Positions 25,981 through 35,769 of a stretch of DNA of 44,066 nt are shown piece after piece. The stretch's first letter is position 1, and every line of letters starts with the position of its first letter. The stretch comes from a phage: assembly GCA_029093145.1 (NCBI GenBank), contig GCA_029093145.1_4347.1; one strand, written 5' to 3'. Below the pieces are notes generated by a model that was not told the origin of the DNA, searched no databases, and saw only the letters and a list, made by a program, of their open reading frames with translations. The translations under genes and the position numbers were made by a program.

Positions 25981-27966
25981 ATGTCAAGCGGATGCGGTGA
26001 CGTTTTAAGCCTGGCGGATTTACAAACCGCCAAGAAACACCAAATTTTTGAAGCCGAGGTTATCACCGGTAAATCCGGCGGGGTTGCTGGTGGCGCCGAT
26101 ATTGATTACGCGACCAACCCTGTTACCGGGCAGACCCAGAAGACGCTTCCTGCTGTGTTGCGTGATGCCGGTTTTTCTCCCGTATCGTGGGACTTTTCCA
26201 CCGGCGGTACGTTAACAGTTAATGACCGCGACAAAGTGGTGTATGACCCCGTAAGCAAGACGTGGTACTCATATGCGGGTACGTTGCCGGTTGTTGTTCC
26301 CGCGAGTTTTAATCCAGTCGGTAACGCTAACTGGAAGCCGCAGACAGACCCAAATTTGCGTAATGATTTGGCGTCAAGTACCGCCGGTTTAGGGGCTTCA
26401 CTGGTGTCTTTTTCCAACGGTAACACCGTTGAAACATTATCTGACGCGGAAGGTGCCAAGAACATAGGCAGTGGCGAAAGGAGTTTGCTTGCACGTAACA
26501 ATGATATTAAGCATTCTGGCGACTTTTCTACCCTTCAAGCCGCGGTAGATGCGTCGTTAACTAAAAACGACTTAATTGTTTCTCCGGGTGAGTATACAGA
26601 AGCAATCACTCTGGGTAGTAATCAGATAAAAGGTGTAGGTGGCGCTGCAATATTAAAACCATCGGCAAACTATGCAAATACTGTACAGGTTAATTTATCC
26701 ACCCCGCACTGGCAGTTTCGACACAGCGGTGGTTTTGCCGTAGATGGTACAGGTACAACTGGGGCCGTAGGTATTAGTTTTGACCCGTCAGACCAATATT
26801 CCGGACGTCATAATTTTAGTGATTTATACATCCACAACATCAACAAGGCCATTCAGAAGCCTTCCGGGAACATCGGCAATACGTGGAGAAGTATTGGGAT
26901 ATCTACGTGTGATTGGGGGTATTACGCGATTAGTGGCTCGGAGATGCATTGCGGGGCCGATACCCTCTACAATATCCACTTCGACGGCATCTCCACCTAT
27001 GCCGTCTACCTAAACGGCACTGTCGATAACGGCGGGATAGGCGGATGGTGGCTTAAAGACTCCATTATTGAGGCTTCCGGAGGCGGCGGGATATATTTAA
27101 AAAGCAAATCAGGTGACTGCCCTACATCTCCATGCGGGGTATCCAATGTATGGACGGAAGCGATTGCAACATCATCGGCTGTTCAGGTAGACGGCGTGGC
27201 GCAAAAACCGCGAGTTCTCAAGTTGGTAGACACCGCGATATTCTTTGCTGAGTATTCTTATCTCAATAACATCGAGCTATCCAACTCCAACTTAGTAACT
27301 TATGGTTGCCGTTTTGACAACGCTGATGGTAATCAGGATATTGTAGTGGATGCACAAAGCACCATCGTAGCCCACGACGTGTATTTAAACGGCAGCTCTG
27401 GAAAGGACGTTATTGTAGAGTCTGTCGCGTCGCAATCCGCAACGATAGCCACTACAAACTTGTCTCTACGAGGAAATTTAACAAGGGGACGAGTGTTTAA
27501 TACGCCGACGGGGAATAAGTTAAAAGCTATCACATTTGACTCAGGTAGCCATAATTTTTCTGGTAGCGGTACCGTTAACGGTTCGACTGTATCTGACGGA
27601 CTTCACGCCGCTACATGTACCGAATTTTCATTCCCTGGGTCCGGTTTATATGAAATGGTAGCGTCAAGAACGACACTTACATCCGGTAGATGGTACGTGT
27701 GGGGCGTCAACTCTCGCCTCCAATCAGGAACAGCAGATGTGAGTATAACGTTAGGTATTACTATGGGTAGCGTTTATACTAAGTCTGGTGAGTGGATTAG
27801 CACATTTGGGGTGGGTAAAGCTTCCGCTAACGGTATTGTAGGTCTGTACGTCTCTACTGGGGGAGGTTCAGGTGCTGTTATCAGATTTAGTGACTTCTTC
27901 ATCGCTGAGTTTACGACGCAGGCTCAGGCTTTAGCTTTCGCTAACTCCCGAATGTCGTTGGCTTAA
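25981..27966 (+). CDS. tailspike / receptor-binding protein (putative)
   Basis: 661 aa, last gene of tail module, Gly/Ser/Thr/Asn-rich repetitive beta-type composition; SD AAGAGGA. Confidence 0.55.
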   Translation: MSSGCGDVLSLADLQTAKKHQIFEAEVITGKSGGVAGGADIDYATNPVTGQTQKTLPAVLRDAGFSPVSWDFSTGGTLTVNDRDKVVYDPVSKTWYSYAGTLPVVVPASFNPVGNANWKPQTDPNLRNDLASSTAGLGASLVSFSNGNTVETLSDAEGAKNIGSGERSLLARNNDIKHSGDFSTLQAAVDASLTKNDLIVSPGEYTEAITLGSNQIKGVGGAAILKPSANYANTVQVNLSTPHWQFRHSGGFAVDGTGTTGAVGISFDPSDQYSGRHNFSDLYIHNINKAIQKPSGNIGNTWRSIGISTCDWGYYAISGSEMHCGADTLYNIHFDGISTYAVYLNGTVDNGGIGGWWLKDSIIEASGGGGIYLKSKSGDCPTSPCGVSNVWTEAIATSSAVQVDGVAQKPRVLKLVDTAIFFAEYSYLNNIELSNSNLVTYGCRFDNADGNQDIVVDAQSTIVAHDVYLNGSSGKDVIVESVASQSATIATTNLSLRGNLTRGRVFNTPTGNKLKAITFDSGSHNFSGSGTVNGSTVSDGLHAATCTEFSFPGSGLYEMVASRTTLTSGRWYVWGVNSRLQSGTADVSITLGITMGSVYTKSGEWISTFGVGKASANGIVGLYVSTGGGSGAVIRFSDFFIAEFTTQAQALAFANSRMSLA

Positions 27967-27968
27967 AA

Positions 27969-27995
27969 CTAAGGCCCCAAACGGGGCCTTTTCTC
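27969..27995. terminator. bidirectional terminator
   Basis: AAGGCCCC-AAAC-GGGGCCTT then TTCTCT. Confidence 0.65.
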
Positions 27996-28132
27996 TACTC
28001 TTCTGATAACTTCTCCAGTACAAACGCCAGTTGCGCATTAGCGGCGTCTCTTTGCTGACGTAGCCGCAGAACCTCTTCTTCGAGTTCCTTGATACGTTTT
28101 TGCAATGCCGGAATTGGGGCTATGATGTTCAT
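27995..28132 (-). CDS. small hypothetical protein (45 aa)
   Basis: Hand-translated minus ORF, ATGA-coupled to upstream Toprim gene. Confidence 0.3.
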   Translation of the reverse strand: MNIIAPIPALQKRIKELEEEVLRLRQQRDAANAQLAFVLEKLSEE

Positions 28133-28644
28133 CTGGTAAATTTCCTCGCAAGATACGTTATTTCTTCTTCACAAAGTTCATCGAGGTCGTTAGATACAAA
28201 TCCTCTGGTGAATGTTTTGCTGAACTTTAAGCCCGCTTTATCACTGTCACCGGCGCACACCCATTCATACGGCAAAAGTGACATTTGCTGCCGTAAGTCA
28301 GCTGGTATGTTCGACCCCAATGCGCTAACTGCATTAAACCCGCAATTCATCAAAGCAACAGCTTTAAATATGCTTTCGGTAACAAATACCACCCCGCTAC
28401 TTGGCAAATACTCAAGTCCCCATAAACACGGCCTTGTTGTTCGGGTAAAGTACCGCGCGTCTTTAGGGTTTTTACAGTTCTTTTCAGCATGCGGCTTGTA
28501 ATGCTGGTATCCTCGTAGCCTGCCGTCAAAACCCCACAAGTAGAATGTAGCAACGCCAGGGGCTAAGACTACCTGGAGACGGTCAGCGTCAAACCCACGC
28601 GCCAGCAGATGAGCTTTAAGTAGAAACTCTTCGAAATCCATCAT
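28129..28644 (-). CDS. Toprim-domain protein (DnaG-like primase catalytic core)
   Basis: VVFVTESIFKAVALMNCGFNAVSALG ... WVCAGDSDKAG matches Toprim E and DxD motifs. Confidence 0.6.
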   Translation of the reverse strand: MMDFEEFLLKAHLLARGFDADRLQVVLAPGVATFYLWGFDGRLRGYQHYKPHAEKNCKNPKDARYFTRTTRPCLWGLEYLPSSGVVFVTESIFKAVALMNCGFNAVSALGSNIPADLRQQMSLLPYEWVCAGDSDKAGLKFSKTFTRGFVSNDLDELCEEEITYLARKFTR

Positions 28645-30071
28645 TTCTTACTCCTACGTTTCATATAATTAAGTAGTTCATCCTGTACAGACCTTTTCTC
28701 GTCGGTACGCGCGGCGACAACCTCGTCCAGAGTGTCTTTAGCAACGATGTGATAAAGGAACACCGGGCGCTCGTGACCCGCCTGTTTCTGGCGGACTGGG
28801 CCTATGCGCTCAACAACCTGCAAATAGTGCTCAAGGTTCCAGCCTTGCGAGATGAACGCCAGATGATGACCCCCGTCCTGTAAATTCAAACCATGCCCGG
28901 CTGACGCAGGATGCACGCATAAAATCTCGATTTCCCCACGGTTCCACGCTTCCATCTGCTTGTTCCCCCTAGCGCCTTTGGCGAACGCCTGTGCCTGTGG
29001 GAATCGCTTAAGGATACGCTCCAGTTCGTGTTTAAACTGATAGGCTACCAGCAACGGCGCACCCTGCAACTCCTCAACAATCGACTCGAGCGCATCCAGT
29101 TTCGTGTCGTGCACTTTCCCCCAGTCTTTGGTCGCTTCGCCATCCGGCCCTGACACATACACGGCACCAGATGCAATCTGCAAGCACTTTGAGGTCTTCG
29201 CCGCAGCGTTAGCCGCTTCAACTTCCCCGCTCTCCAGTTCTGCGAATAACTTCTCCTCCATATCTATGTACGCCTGACGCGCTTTCTTCGGCAGGTCTAT
29301 TTCCACCGGTACGATAACAGGCGCTTCACAACCAAACCACTCGGCAGGGTCTATGGTCAGGCTGATGTCTTTCATCTTCTGATGAATCTCATTATCCGCA
29401 CCCGGTCGTGCATGATACTCGCGGGCCATAGCCGATTTACCTTTCTGTACCGAGTTAAACCAGCGGTCGGTGAATGCTGTGTACGAAGAGCCGAGGCGCT
29501 CGCCAGCGTCGATAAACCAGTTCTGACCCCACAAGTCTTTGAGGCCGTTTGGTGACGGTGTGCCTGTCAGGTTGATGAAACGCTTAACCTTTCCGAACGC
29601 AACCTTGCTGAGCGCCTTTGCCCGCTTGCTACCACCCGAACGGCTGCGGAACGATTTAAGCTTCGTGCTTTCATCGGCAACGATAACCGTAAAAGGCCAG
29701 TCGTCTTTGCCGTAGTAGTCAATTAGCCACTCGATAACTTCGTAGTTAGTGCACACCACGTTAGCATCTGACTCCAGCGCTGCGATGCGGCGCTTCTCCG
29801 AACCAGTTGCATCTACGACACGCAGACAAGGGAATTGCCATTTCTCTTGTTCAGCGGGCCACGTACCGGACGCAACACGTAACGGGGCAAGGATTAACAC
29901 GCGGTCCTCTTCCGTAAGCTGCCCGTTGCGGAACAGGCGGTTGAGCACCCACATAGTGGAGGAGGTTTTACCTCCCCCCATTCCGCACCAGATATTACAG
30001 CGCGGGTGTTGCAGCATGAACGAGGTCATGAGCTTCTGGTACTCGCGTCTTTGAAACTTAGACATGTTCAA
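28641..30071 (-). CDS. SF2 (DEAD/SNF2-like) helicase
   Basis: Motif I GMGGGKTS, motif II VADESTK, motif III LTGTPSPN. Confidence 0.85.
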   Translation of the reverse strand: MNMSKFQRREYQKLMTSFMLQHPRCNIWCGMGGGKTSSTMWVLNRLFRNGQLTEEDRVLILAPLRVASGTWPAEQEKWQFPCLRVVDATGSEKRRIAALESDANVVCTNYEVIEWLIDYYGKDDWPFTVIVADESTKLKSFRSRSGGSKRAKALSKVAFGKVKRFINLTGTPSPNGLKDLWGQNWFIDAGERLGSSYTAFTDRWFNSVQKGKSAMAREYHARPGADNEIHQKMKDISLTIDPAEWFGCEAPVIVPVEIDLPKKARQAYIDMEEKLFAELESGEVEAANAAAKTSKCLQIASGAVYVSGPDGEATKDWGKVHDTKLDALESIVEELQGAPLLVAYQFKHELERILKRFPQAQAFAKGARGNKQMEAWNRGEIEILCVHPASAGHGLNLQDGGHHLAFISQGWNLEHYLQVVERIGPVRQKQAGHERPVFLYHIVAKDTLDEVVAARTDEKRSVQDELLNYMKRRSKK

Positions 30072-30262
30072 TCCTTAACGTAGAGTACCAGCTCTTTACG
30101 CCCGAACGCGGTAACGTTGCCAGTTACGTCTTCGATAACCAGTTTACCGTTCGACTCGACGAACACCGTATCCACGGCAACAGGCCGACGGGTCTTAACG
30201 TTGAAAATCATGTCGCCCGGTACGATGTAACGTGCTGGTTTGCGGTCGTATTCGTGTTTCAT
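30068..30262 (-). CDS. hypothetical small protein (64 aa)
   Basis: SD AAGGA upstream; ATGA-type coupling to helicase gene. Confidence 0.45.
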   Translation of the reverse strand: MKHEYDRKPARYIVPGDMIFNVKTRRPVAVDTVFVESNGKLVIEDVTGNVTAFGRKELVLYVKD

Positions 30263-30292
30263 TTCTCAATTCCTTATATTGTTGGTGTAAGG

Positions 30293-30580
30293 CTAACTAT
30301 AATAGCTAGCTATTAGGGTGTCAACCTGTTTGAACGAACCAACTACAAAAACATTTGCACCACGCTTACGCATCCGCTCGTGCTCTCGTAACTGGTGCGG
30401 GTCAGGCTTCGTGCTTTCGTCTTTCTTCACCTCGACGAACCAGACGATGCCGCCAGGGAGAATTACCAGCAGGTCGGGAGCGCCGGAACGTCCTTCGTAG
30501 GAGAGCTTGCGAACGAGGCCACCGAGGGCCTCGAATCGCTCTTTTGCGTATTTCTGTATGCGCCCCTCAGGCGTACTCAT
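30293..30580 (-). CDS. VRR-NUC domain nuclease
   Basis: PD-(D/E)xK-type motifs APDLLV ... FVEVKK; SD GAGGGGTG. Confidence 0.75.
   Translation of the reverse strand: MSTPEGRIQKYAKERFEALGGLVRKLSYEGRSGAPDLLVILPGGIVWFVEVKKDESTKPDPHQLREHERMRKRGANVFVVGSFKQVDTLIASYYS
30296..30324 (-). promoter_or_regulatory. class A promoter TTGACA-N17-TATAGT with AATAG-N4-CTATT dyad in spacer
   Basis: Minus strand TTGACACCCTAATAGCTAGCTATTATAGT; dyad 30301-30314. Confidence 0.5.
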
Positions 30581-30661
30581 CTATACACCCCTCACGTTTC
30601 GTATGCTCAATACCGCAGCGCGGGCAGATTCGACAGTCTTCTTCGTAGAACCGGTAAATTT

Positions 30662-30793
30662 TCATTCCAGCACCCACAGATAAATTGCGATGAACATGCC
30701 CAATATGGCAACCATCATGCCGTATTGACCCTCGTGACAGTAGACACCTGCGGCAAATCCCGCCAGTACCGCGATAATCAGTTTACTTAGCAT
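30662..30793 (-). CDS. small hydrophobic protein (43 aa)
   Basis: Hand-translated; overlaps 3' end of polymerase gene; hydrophobic MLSKLIIAVLAGFAAGV. Confidence 0.3.
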   Translation of the reverse strand: MLSKLIIAVLAGFAAGVYCHEGQYGMMVAILGMFIAIYLWVLE

Positions 30794-32954
30794 AGCGTTT
30801 TAACTCCTGACCTTCCGCTACAAGAGGGAACCCCTCCGCCCATTCTGGTAATTCGCACATCAATCGCTCAAGCTCTGCGACATTGTATTCCGGCGTATCT
30901 GGAGTTTCGCAGATAATCTCATCGTGGACATGAAGTACAATCGGGTAGCCGTTTGCTTCAACGTTAAGTAGCGCATTAGCCAGCAAGTCACGGCACAGTG
31001 CCTGAGTGCAGTTTTCCACCAGTTTACCGGAGTAGGTGTACTGGAAGCCCCACTGCCTGGTTAACTGATTTTCACCCTGATACTTGATGCGCACGTTAGT
31101 AGAAACTTTTCCGTCTTCGTCTGTCTCTTTTGACACGCTCAACCCGACGCCCGGGTATGACATAACGCGACCTGACGGCAACGTCATGCGCAACCACCAA
31201 CCAGCGACTTTGTTGCCGTTGTTGTCTGTTTCTACGTTGCGAGAAAACTTAACCCCGCGAGGGCCAGCGGTGAACTCTTTCCCCGGATTACGGATTGCTG
31301 CCATAGCTGCGTCTTCAATATCGCGCCAGAATTGGACTATTGCAGGATTAGCTTCCCGGTACATGCGCTTTAAAGCGTCACAGGTGCGCCAAACTTTCTT
31401 ATCAAGGATATATGAGGGTCGGTCATCTTTTTCACCAGGACGTGGTGGTCGCTTGGCTTCCTGAATACGCGCCCATTCGTATCCGCGTGCGGTAGCGGCC
31501 CAAATATGGTCCGGGAATGTACCGTCTAAAGTGTTAGTCATGTCATTCAAATCAAGACCTAAGTTTTTAGCAAACGTGACGAAAGCACCGACGCCCCCCG
31601 CGTAGCCGAGTCCCAGAACCATTGCTTTGGCTATTTGTCTTTGGTCCTTTGTTACGGCTTCATATGCAACATTGAACACCGTTGATGCGAGTTTCTTATA
31701 CACATCAACCCCGTTTACAAATACTTCGATTAAATCGTCTTCACCCGCCAGCCACGCAAGACCGCGGCCTTCGACGTTAGAGTAATCGGCGACGACAAAC
31801 TTATGCCCAGCTTCCGGTATAATGCAGCTACGAACGGTAGATGCCGTCAGCTTGGCTACGTCAAATCGGCGGTGCGCCCGGCCCTTAAGTAACGCTGAAA
31901 TGCCTTTATCCAGTTCATCATCGTGATAGTACCCACGCGCCAGGTTCTGTGGCTGGAAGCCTTTACCCGCGAACCGTAACGTACGCTTTGCCCCACCGTA
32001 CTGGATACAACCGCGGCGTCGGTCGTCAGACGAGCGGCCCAACAGCAGCGGGTTATATTTCGTGGACGCGGTGGACGCCGCCCCGAGGCGCATTTCGATA
32101 ATCATCCGGGCGTCGTCCGGTAAATCATCATCTGCCAACAGGTCGTTAAGCGTCGACTTCTGTGCATTGTGTATGCGGTGCGCGGGCGAAAGTTCACGCA
32201 GAATCGGAAGGAAGTCTTTACCGGTAAGCGAGCCGCCGTATTTACGTTGAGCTTCTTCCTGTAACTGTGCCTTGTGCTTCTCTACGGCTTCAATAGCGGC
32301 TTCCGCCAGTGCGACGTCAACCTTAAATCCGCGGTCGTTGATTAACTGGTCAAGCTCCAGTACACGGTCTTCGAACTCGGAGTTACCCCAACGCGGCAGC
32401 TTATGGAAGACTTCACGCATCGCAGTGATGTCGCTCACGGCGTACCTGATGAACATCGCCCACTCGTCAGGGTGAGTTTCTGCGGTGTAGCGGCGGATTT
32501 TGTAGTTCTTCGGCGTCGGTTTAGAGAAACGCTTAATCAGAGCCTTGCCGCGTTTATCTTTCGCGTTGTCTGCAGACACGCCCAGCACTTCGCACAGCGC
32601 ATCAAGAGAACCCGGCAGCGCGTGACGGAACGCCCAAATCATAGTATCAATGGTGTTACTTACCGGAATATCAAAGTCCCAGCAGTGTTTCATGATTAGG
32701 CGATCGAAAAGTCCACCGTTGTGCCACACCATCTTGATGCGGCTGTTGGGCTTAACAAGGCGGCGCAGTGCGCGGTGTAAATCCCCCGGCATGTCGCTGC
32801 CGTCGGTGCAATCCCATACCCGCACAGGTTCGTCGTCAAAAGCATATGTACAGATAAGCACTTCGGTTGACGGGTGTTCGGCGTAAGCGTAAGAACCGAC
32901 TTTCTTCAAATCGGCTTCTGAGAATGTTTCAAAGTCTAAGAACAGGTAACTCAT
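30783..32954 (-). CDS. DNA polymerase, family A, with 3'-5' exonuclease domain
   Basis: Exo motif FLDFETFS; Pol motif A DYSNVEGR, motif B RQIAKAMVLGLGYAGG, motif C HVHDEI. Confidence 0.92.
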   Translation of the reverse strand: MSYLFLDFETFSEADLKKVGSYAYAEHPSTEVLICTYAFDDEPVRVWDCTDGSDMPGDLHRALRRLVKPNSRIKMVWHNGGLFDRLIMKHCWDFDIPVSNTIDTMIWAFRHALPGSLDALCEVLGVSADNAKDKRGKALIKRFSKPTPKNYKIRRYTAETHPDEWAMFIRYAVSDITAMREVFHKLPRWGNSEFEDRVLELDQLINDRGFKVDVALAEAAIEAVEKHKAQLQEEAQRKYGGSLTGKDFLPILRELSPAHRIHNAQKSTLNDLLADDDLPDDARMIIEMRLGAASTASTKYNPLLLGRSSDDRRRGCIQYGGAKRTLRFAGKGFQPQNLARGYYHDDELDKGISALLKGRAHRRFDVAKLTASTVRSCIIPEAGHKFVVADYSNVEGRGLAWLAGEDDLIEVFVNGVDVYKKLASTVFNVAYEAVTKDQRQIAKAMVLGLGYAGGVGAFVTFAKNLGLDLNDMTNTLDGTFPDHIWAATARGYEWARIQEAKRPPRPGEKDDRPSYILDKKVWRTCDALKRMYREANPAIVQFWRDIEDAAMAAIRNPGKEFTAGPRGVKFSRNVETDNNGNKVAGWWLRMTLPSGRVMSYPGVGLSVSKETDEDGKVSTNVRIKYQGENQLTRQWGFQYTYSGKLVENCTQALCRDLLANALLNVEANGYPIVLHVHDEIICETPDTPEYNVAELERLMCELPEWAEGFPLVAEGQELKRYAK

Positions 32955-32971
32955 TATTTTTGACCCCTAGT

Positions 32972-32996
32972 AAAAAGGCCCAATGAAGGGCCTTAG
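32972..32996 (-). terminator. attenuator/terminator hairpin between SSB-like and polymerase genes
   Basis: Minus strand AAGGCCC-TTCATT-GGGCCTT followed by TTTTACTAGG. Confidence 0.45.
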
Positions 32997-33014
32997 TTAA
33001 AATTGATTCAGATA

Positions 33015-33641
33015 TTAGCGGCGACGACGTTCACGGCGCGGTGCTTCATCTTCTTCGTCATCTTCCAGGTCATTGACGCTCGCGGCGACTTTAGAACCGC
33101 CGAACGCTTTGCCTTCGCCAACGTATTTAATCGCCAGCAGGTTAACGCCGAGGACTTTGTATTTCTGGCTGAACCAGATTTCAACGCTTACGTTAGCTAA
33201 GCATCCGCTGTAAACCTGTTCACCTTCAATCTGTTCGCCGTCTACGTTGAAGTCCTGCTCTACCTGAGTCTCGCCTTTTTTAGAGGTTACAATCAGCGGT
33301 TGTTTCTGTGCCTTCGCTTTGAAGTAGAAGCCTTCCGGGAAGTCTTCAAACGGATTGTCGCGCTCGGCAATGTCTTTAATCGCGCATTTATCCATGTGCT
33401 TACCTTCACCGTAGTTGGACTTCATCCATTTCTCGGCAGCGGCTGCGCCTAACGCTTCTTCAACTACAGCGTAAACGGTGTCGTAGAGTGCATCGATTTG
33501 AGCATGGTCAGACGGCAGGATGATAGTCGCGCTGTACTGGCCTTTAGTGATTGAGCCATCATCGTTTTCACGGTCTTTTTCACGTTCAAATACGTTAACC
33601 CATGCAGTGTTTACTTTACGCAGATTCAGTTTAATACCCAT
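33015..33641 (-). CDS. SSB-like protein (DUF2815-like), acidic C-terminal region
   Basis: Position next to Cas4-like nuclease and polymerase; DLEDDEEDE near C-terminus. Confidence 0.45.
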   Translation of the reverse strand: MGIKLNLRKVNTAWVNVFEREKDRENDDGSITKGQYSATIILPSDHAQIDALYDTVYAVVEEALGAAAAEKWMKSNYGEGKHMDKCAIKDIAERDNPFEDFPEGFYFKAKAQKQPLIVTSKKGETQVEQDFNVDGEQIEGEQVYSGCLANVSVEIWFSQKYKVLGVNLLAIKYVGEGKAFGGSKVAASVNDLEDDEEDEAPRRERRRR

Positions 33642-33709
33642 CGTGATTTCTCGCTTTTCAGTTTATATTTCAAAGTTTACTCCGGGAAGCTGCCCGGCCA
33701 GTGATTAGA

Positions 33710-33738
33710 ACTATAATAGCTAACTATTCAGGTGTCAA
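33710..33738 (-). promoter_or_regulatory. class A promoter TTGACA-N17-TATAGT with AATAG-N4-CTATT dyad
   Basis: Minus strand TTGACACCTGAATAGTTAGCTATTATAGT; dyad 33715-33728. Confidence 0.5.
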
Positions 33739-33927
33739 ATAAAATTTTGCAATAGGGATTATGTTCTCGAAATTAAGCATATTGGCCGGTTCGAACTCAT
33801 CCTCTACAGGGTAGTATCGCATCATGGTACCGTTCAAGAACGTGAACGATTCCGAGTGTAGATACCCATCCCAGTGCCATACCATCAAAAAATCTTTATC
33901 AGTCGGCATTTCATTTACTTGAATCAT
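33724..33927 (-). CDS. hypothetical small protein (67 aa)
   Basis: ATG 33927 overlaps stop of upstream gene; SD GAGGAGGA lies inside upstream C-terminal codons (track ORF opens at GTG 33957). Confidence 0.45.
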   Translation of the reverse strand: MIQVNEMPTDKDFLMVWHWDGYLHSESFTFLNGTMMRYYPVEDEFEPANMLNFENIIPIAKFYLTPE

Positions 33928-35165
33928 TCTAAATCCTCCTCTGTAACTTGATTCCACTCAGGACGTTTGTCATCCGCCGTTGCGACGCATGGCGCACCGG
34001 GCTTACGGGTAATGAAATCTTTCAGTTCTTCTTCCGGTACAATTTTAACCGCTTCGGTCGGTGTCATAAGAACTACCTTTTGCAGCATAGTACCGTACTT
34101 CTCGAATACTGCATCGGTATCTTTCCACGCACGATTACCCGGGCGTCCTTCAACCAGTTTATACCCCGGCACTTTCTTACCGGAATGTAACGCAGCAGCC
34201 ATAGCTTTCTCAACCTTGTCGATGTGCTGGCGCAACAACGGCAACTTCTCATACTCAGCTACGAGTTGCTCTGGCGTAAGCTCAAGTGCAAAGTCGTCCT
34301 CCAGTTCTTCCGCCAGCCCCGCGTTAACGGTTTTTGTACGCGCTGCGCATTGTTCAGAGAACCGACACCACTGACAACCATCTACCGACGGCTTGAAGTC
34401 CGACGCTTTCAGGTTCTTTTTACCCCGGAAATAGGCATCAAGAGCCAACAGCGCCCGTTTCTGTGCAAACTTAGCGAACAGTTCCAGACCTTCAACCGAG
34501 ATGTCCCACTCTGTCGCGCCCCCAGCGTAAGGCTGGAAGATGACCAGACGAACGGTTGTTATGTTATAACGTCTCTTGAGTCGACGATAAACACCGAGAG
34601 CGTAAAGCATAAGCTGCTTGTTTTCTTTCGCTTCGACGCGATGCCGCCCGGTTTTCAGGTCGCCGATAATGAGCATGTGCTCGTCGGTGTTTGCCAGTTC
34701 CTGGACAGCAACGAGGTCAGCGGTTCCGAACGTCTCAACGCCTTCATACCCCGGATGCAATACCTCAGTAAGATTGACACGCATTTCCAGCTTGGCGTAA
34801 GTCGCTACGTCTATAATCGCTTTGCAGTAGTCGGTGTACTTGCGCACCTGCTCAATCATGTCCGCCGTAATCAGTACCGCGCCTTTCATCGGGCTGATTA
34901 GCGCCTTAATCTGACCTTTGCCTTCATCCAGTACGTAAGCACCGACTTCACGCTCTAGCGGCAACGCAGTTCCGCGGATATAGGCGTTGAGATGGACCTC
35001 AGCTATTGTGTGCATAGCTGTGCCTAATACAGCAGCTTTACCTGACGTGTTAGGAATATCTTTTTCACAGGCCAGCGATGCGGCGCAACTTAGCCACTTT
35101 TTAGCCCCAGACGGCGACAGCAGGGCGTGCACATCGTTACTGCCGCCACGTTCTTTTAGTTTCAT
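33924..35165 (-). CDS. PD-(D/E)xK nuclease, Cas4/RecB-like (DUF2800-like) with Cys cluster
   Basis: Motifs GTADLVAV, IIGDLKTG, QLMLYA; cysteines CAASLAC and CQWCRFSEQC; SD GGGTGGGAG before ATG 35165 (track ORF opens at 35186). Confidence 0.7.
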   Translation of the reverse strand: MKLKERGGSNDVHALLSPSGAKKWLSCAASLACEKDIPNTSGKAAVLGTAMHTIAEVHLNAYIRGTALPLEREVGAYVLDEGKGQIKALISPMKGAVLITADMIEQVRKYTDYCKAIIDVATYAKLEMRVNLTEVLHPGYEGVETFGTADLVAVQELANTDEHMLIIGDLKTGRHRVEAKENKQLMLYALGVYRRLKRRYNITTVRLVIFQPYAGGATEWDISVEGLELFAKFAQKRALLALDAYFRGKKNLKASDFKPSVDGCQWCRFSEQCAARTKTVNAGLAEELEDDFALELTPEQLVAEYEKLPLLRQHIDKVEKAMAAALHSGKKVPGYKLVEGRPGNRAWKDTDAVFEKYGTMLQKVVLMTPTEAVKIVPEEELKDFITRKPGAPCVATADDKRPEWNQVTEEDLE

Positions 35166-35316
35166 GCTCTTAAACTCCCACCCCATTTAACTTTACGCGT
35201 TTTGCGTTTGTAGGCGCACGTGTCGCCGCTACGGTTGAATATAATCAGCCAAGTCGAGTTGCTTACGCGAAAAGGCTGATGGCGTTTAACAAACAGAAAA
35301 CGGGCTTTACGGTTCG

Positions 35317-35445
35317 TCACTCCTCACTCTCCTCAATCCATGCGTAGTCGAAACTGTCAGCGTCAAGTTCGTGTATCATATTCTCGGCCTCTGCGGATGT
35401 AAGGTATCTACTGTGTTCGTACTCTTCCTCACCGATTTGATACAT
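35317..35445 (-). CDS. tiny acidic hypothetical protein (42 aa)
   Basis: Hand-translated, start 2 nt after upstream stop. Confidence 0.25.
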   Translation of the reverse strand: MYQIGEEEYEHSRYLTSAEAENMIHELDADSFDYAWIEESEE

Positions 35446-35447
35446 AA

Positions 35448-35726
35448 TTACAAACATACCCTGTTCTCCCACTGGTCGATTAAATGTCTGGTCTTGTGGT
35501 CACAATGTAAGGCCCAGCCGTACATCGACTCGAAGACATAAAAGTCAGGCTTGGCGAAAGTCGTGCGTTTAATCTGCGACACGTGACGGCCTATATCTTT
35601 AGGCCGCGGCACTTTGCCTAAGTACACCATCTCTTCCATCTGGTGCGCACCGGACGGCGCACGCAACAGCCACAACGCCTCTGTGTTATCCCGCCTGTCT
35701 ACGGCGCGGTAGAGTTGGTAAATCAT
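35448..35726 (-). CDS. hypothetical protein (92 aa)
   Basis: SD GGAGGGG upstream of ATG. Confidence 0.45.
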   Translation of the reverse strand: MIYQLYRAVDRRDNTEALWLLRAPSGAHQMEEMVYLGKVPRPKDIGRHVSQIKRTTFAKPDFYVFESMYGWALHCDHKTRHLIDQWENRVCL

Positions 35727-35769
35727 ATTTCCGCCCCTCCGTTAAAGCGGCCCGAAGGCCGCCTGATAG

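Noticed and set aside
33003-35186. Plus-strand ORFs (e.g. 34224-34901, 225 aa; 33967-34374) opposite the replication genes
   Set aside because: Antisense to the Cas4-like nuclease and SSB-like genes, which carry recognisable catalytic motifs; no RBS and no motif content.
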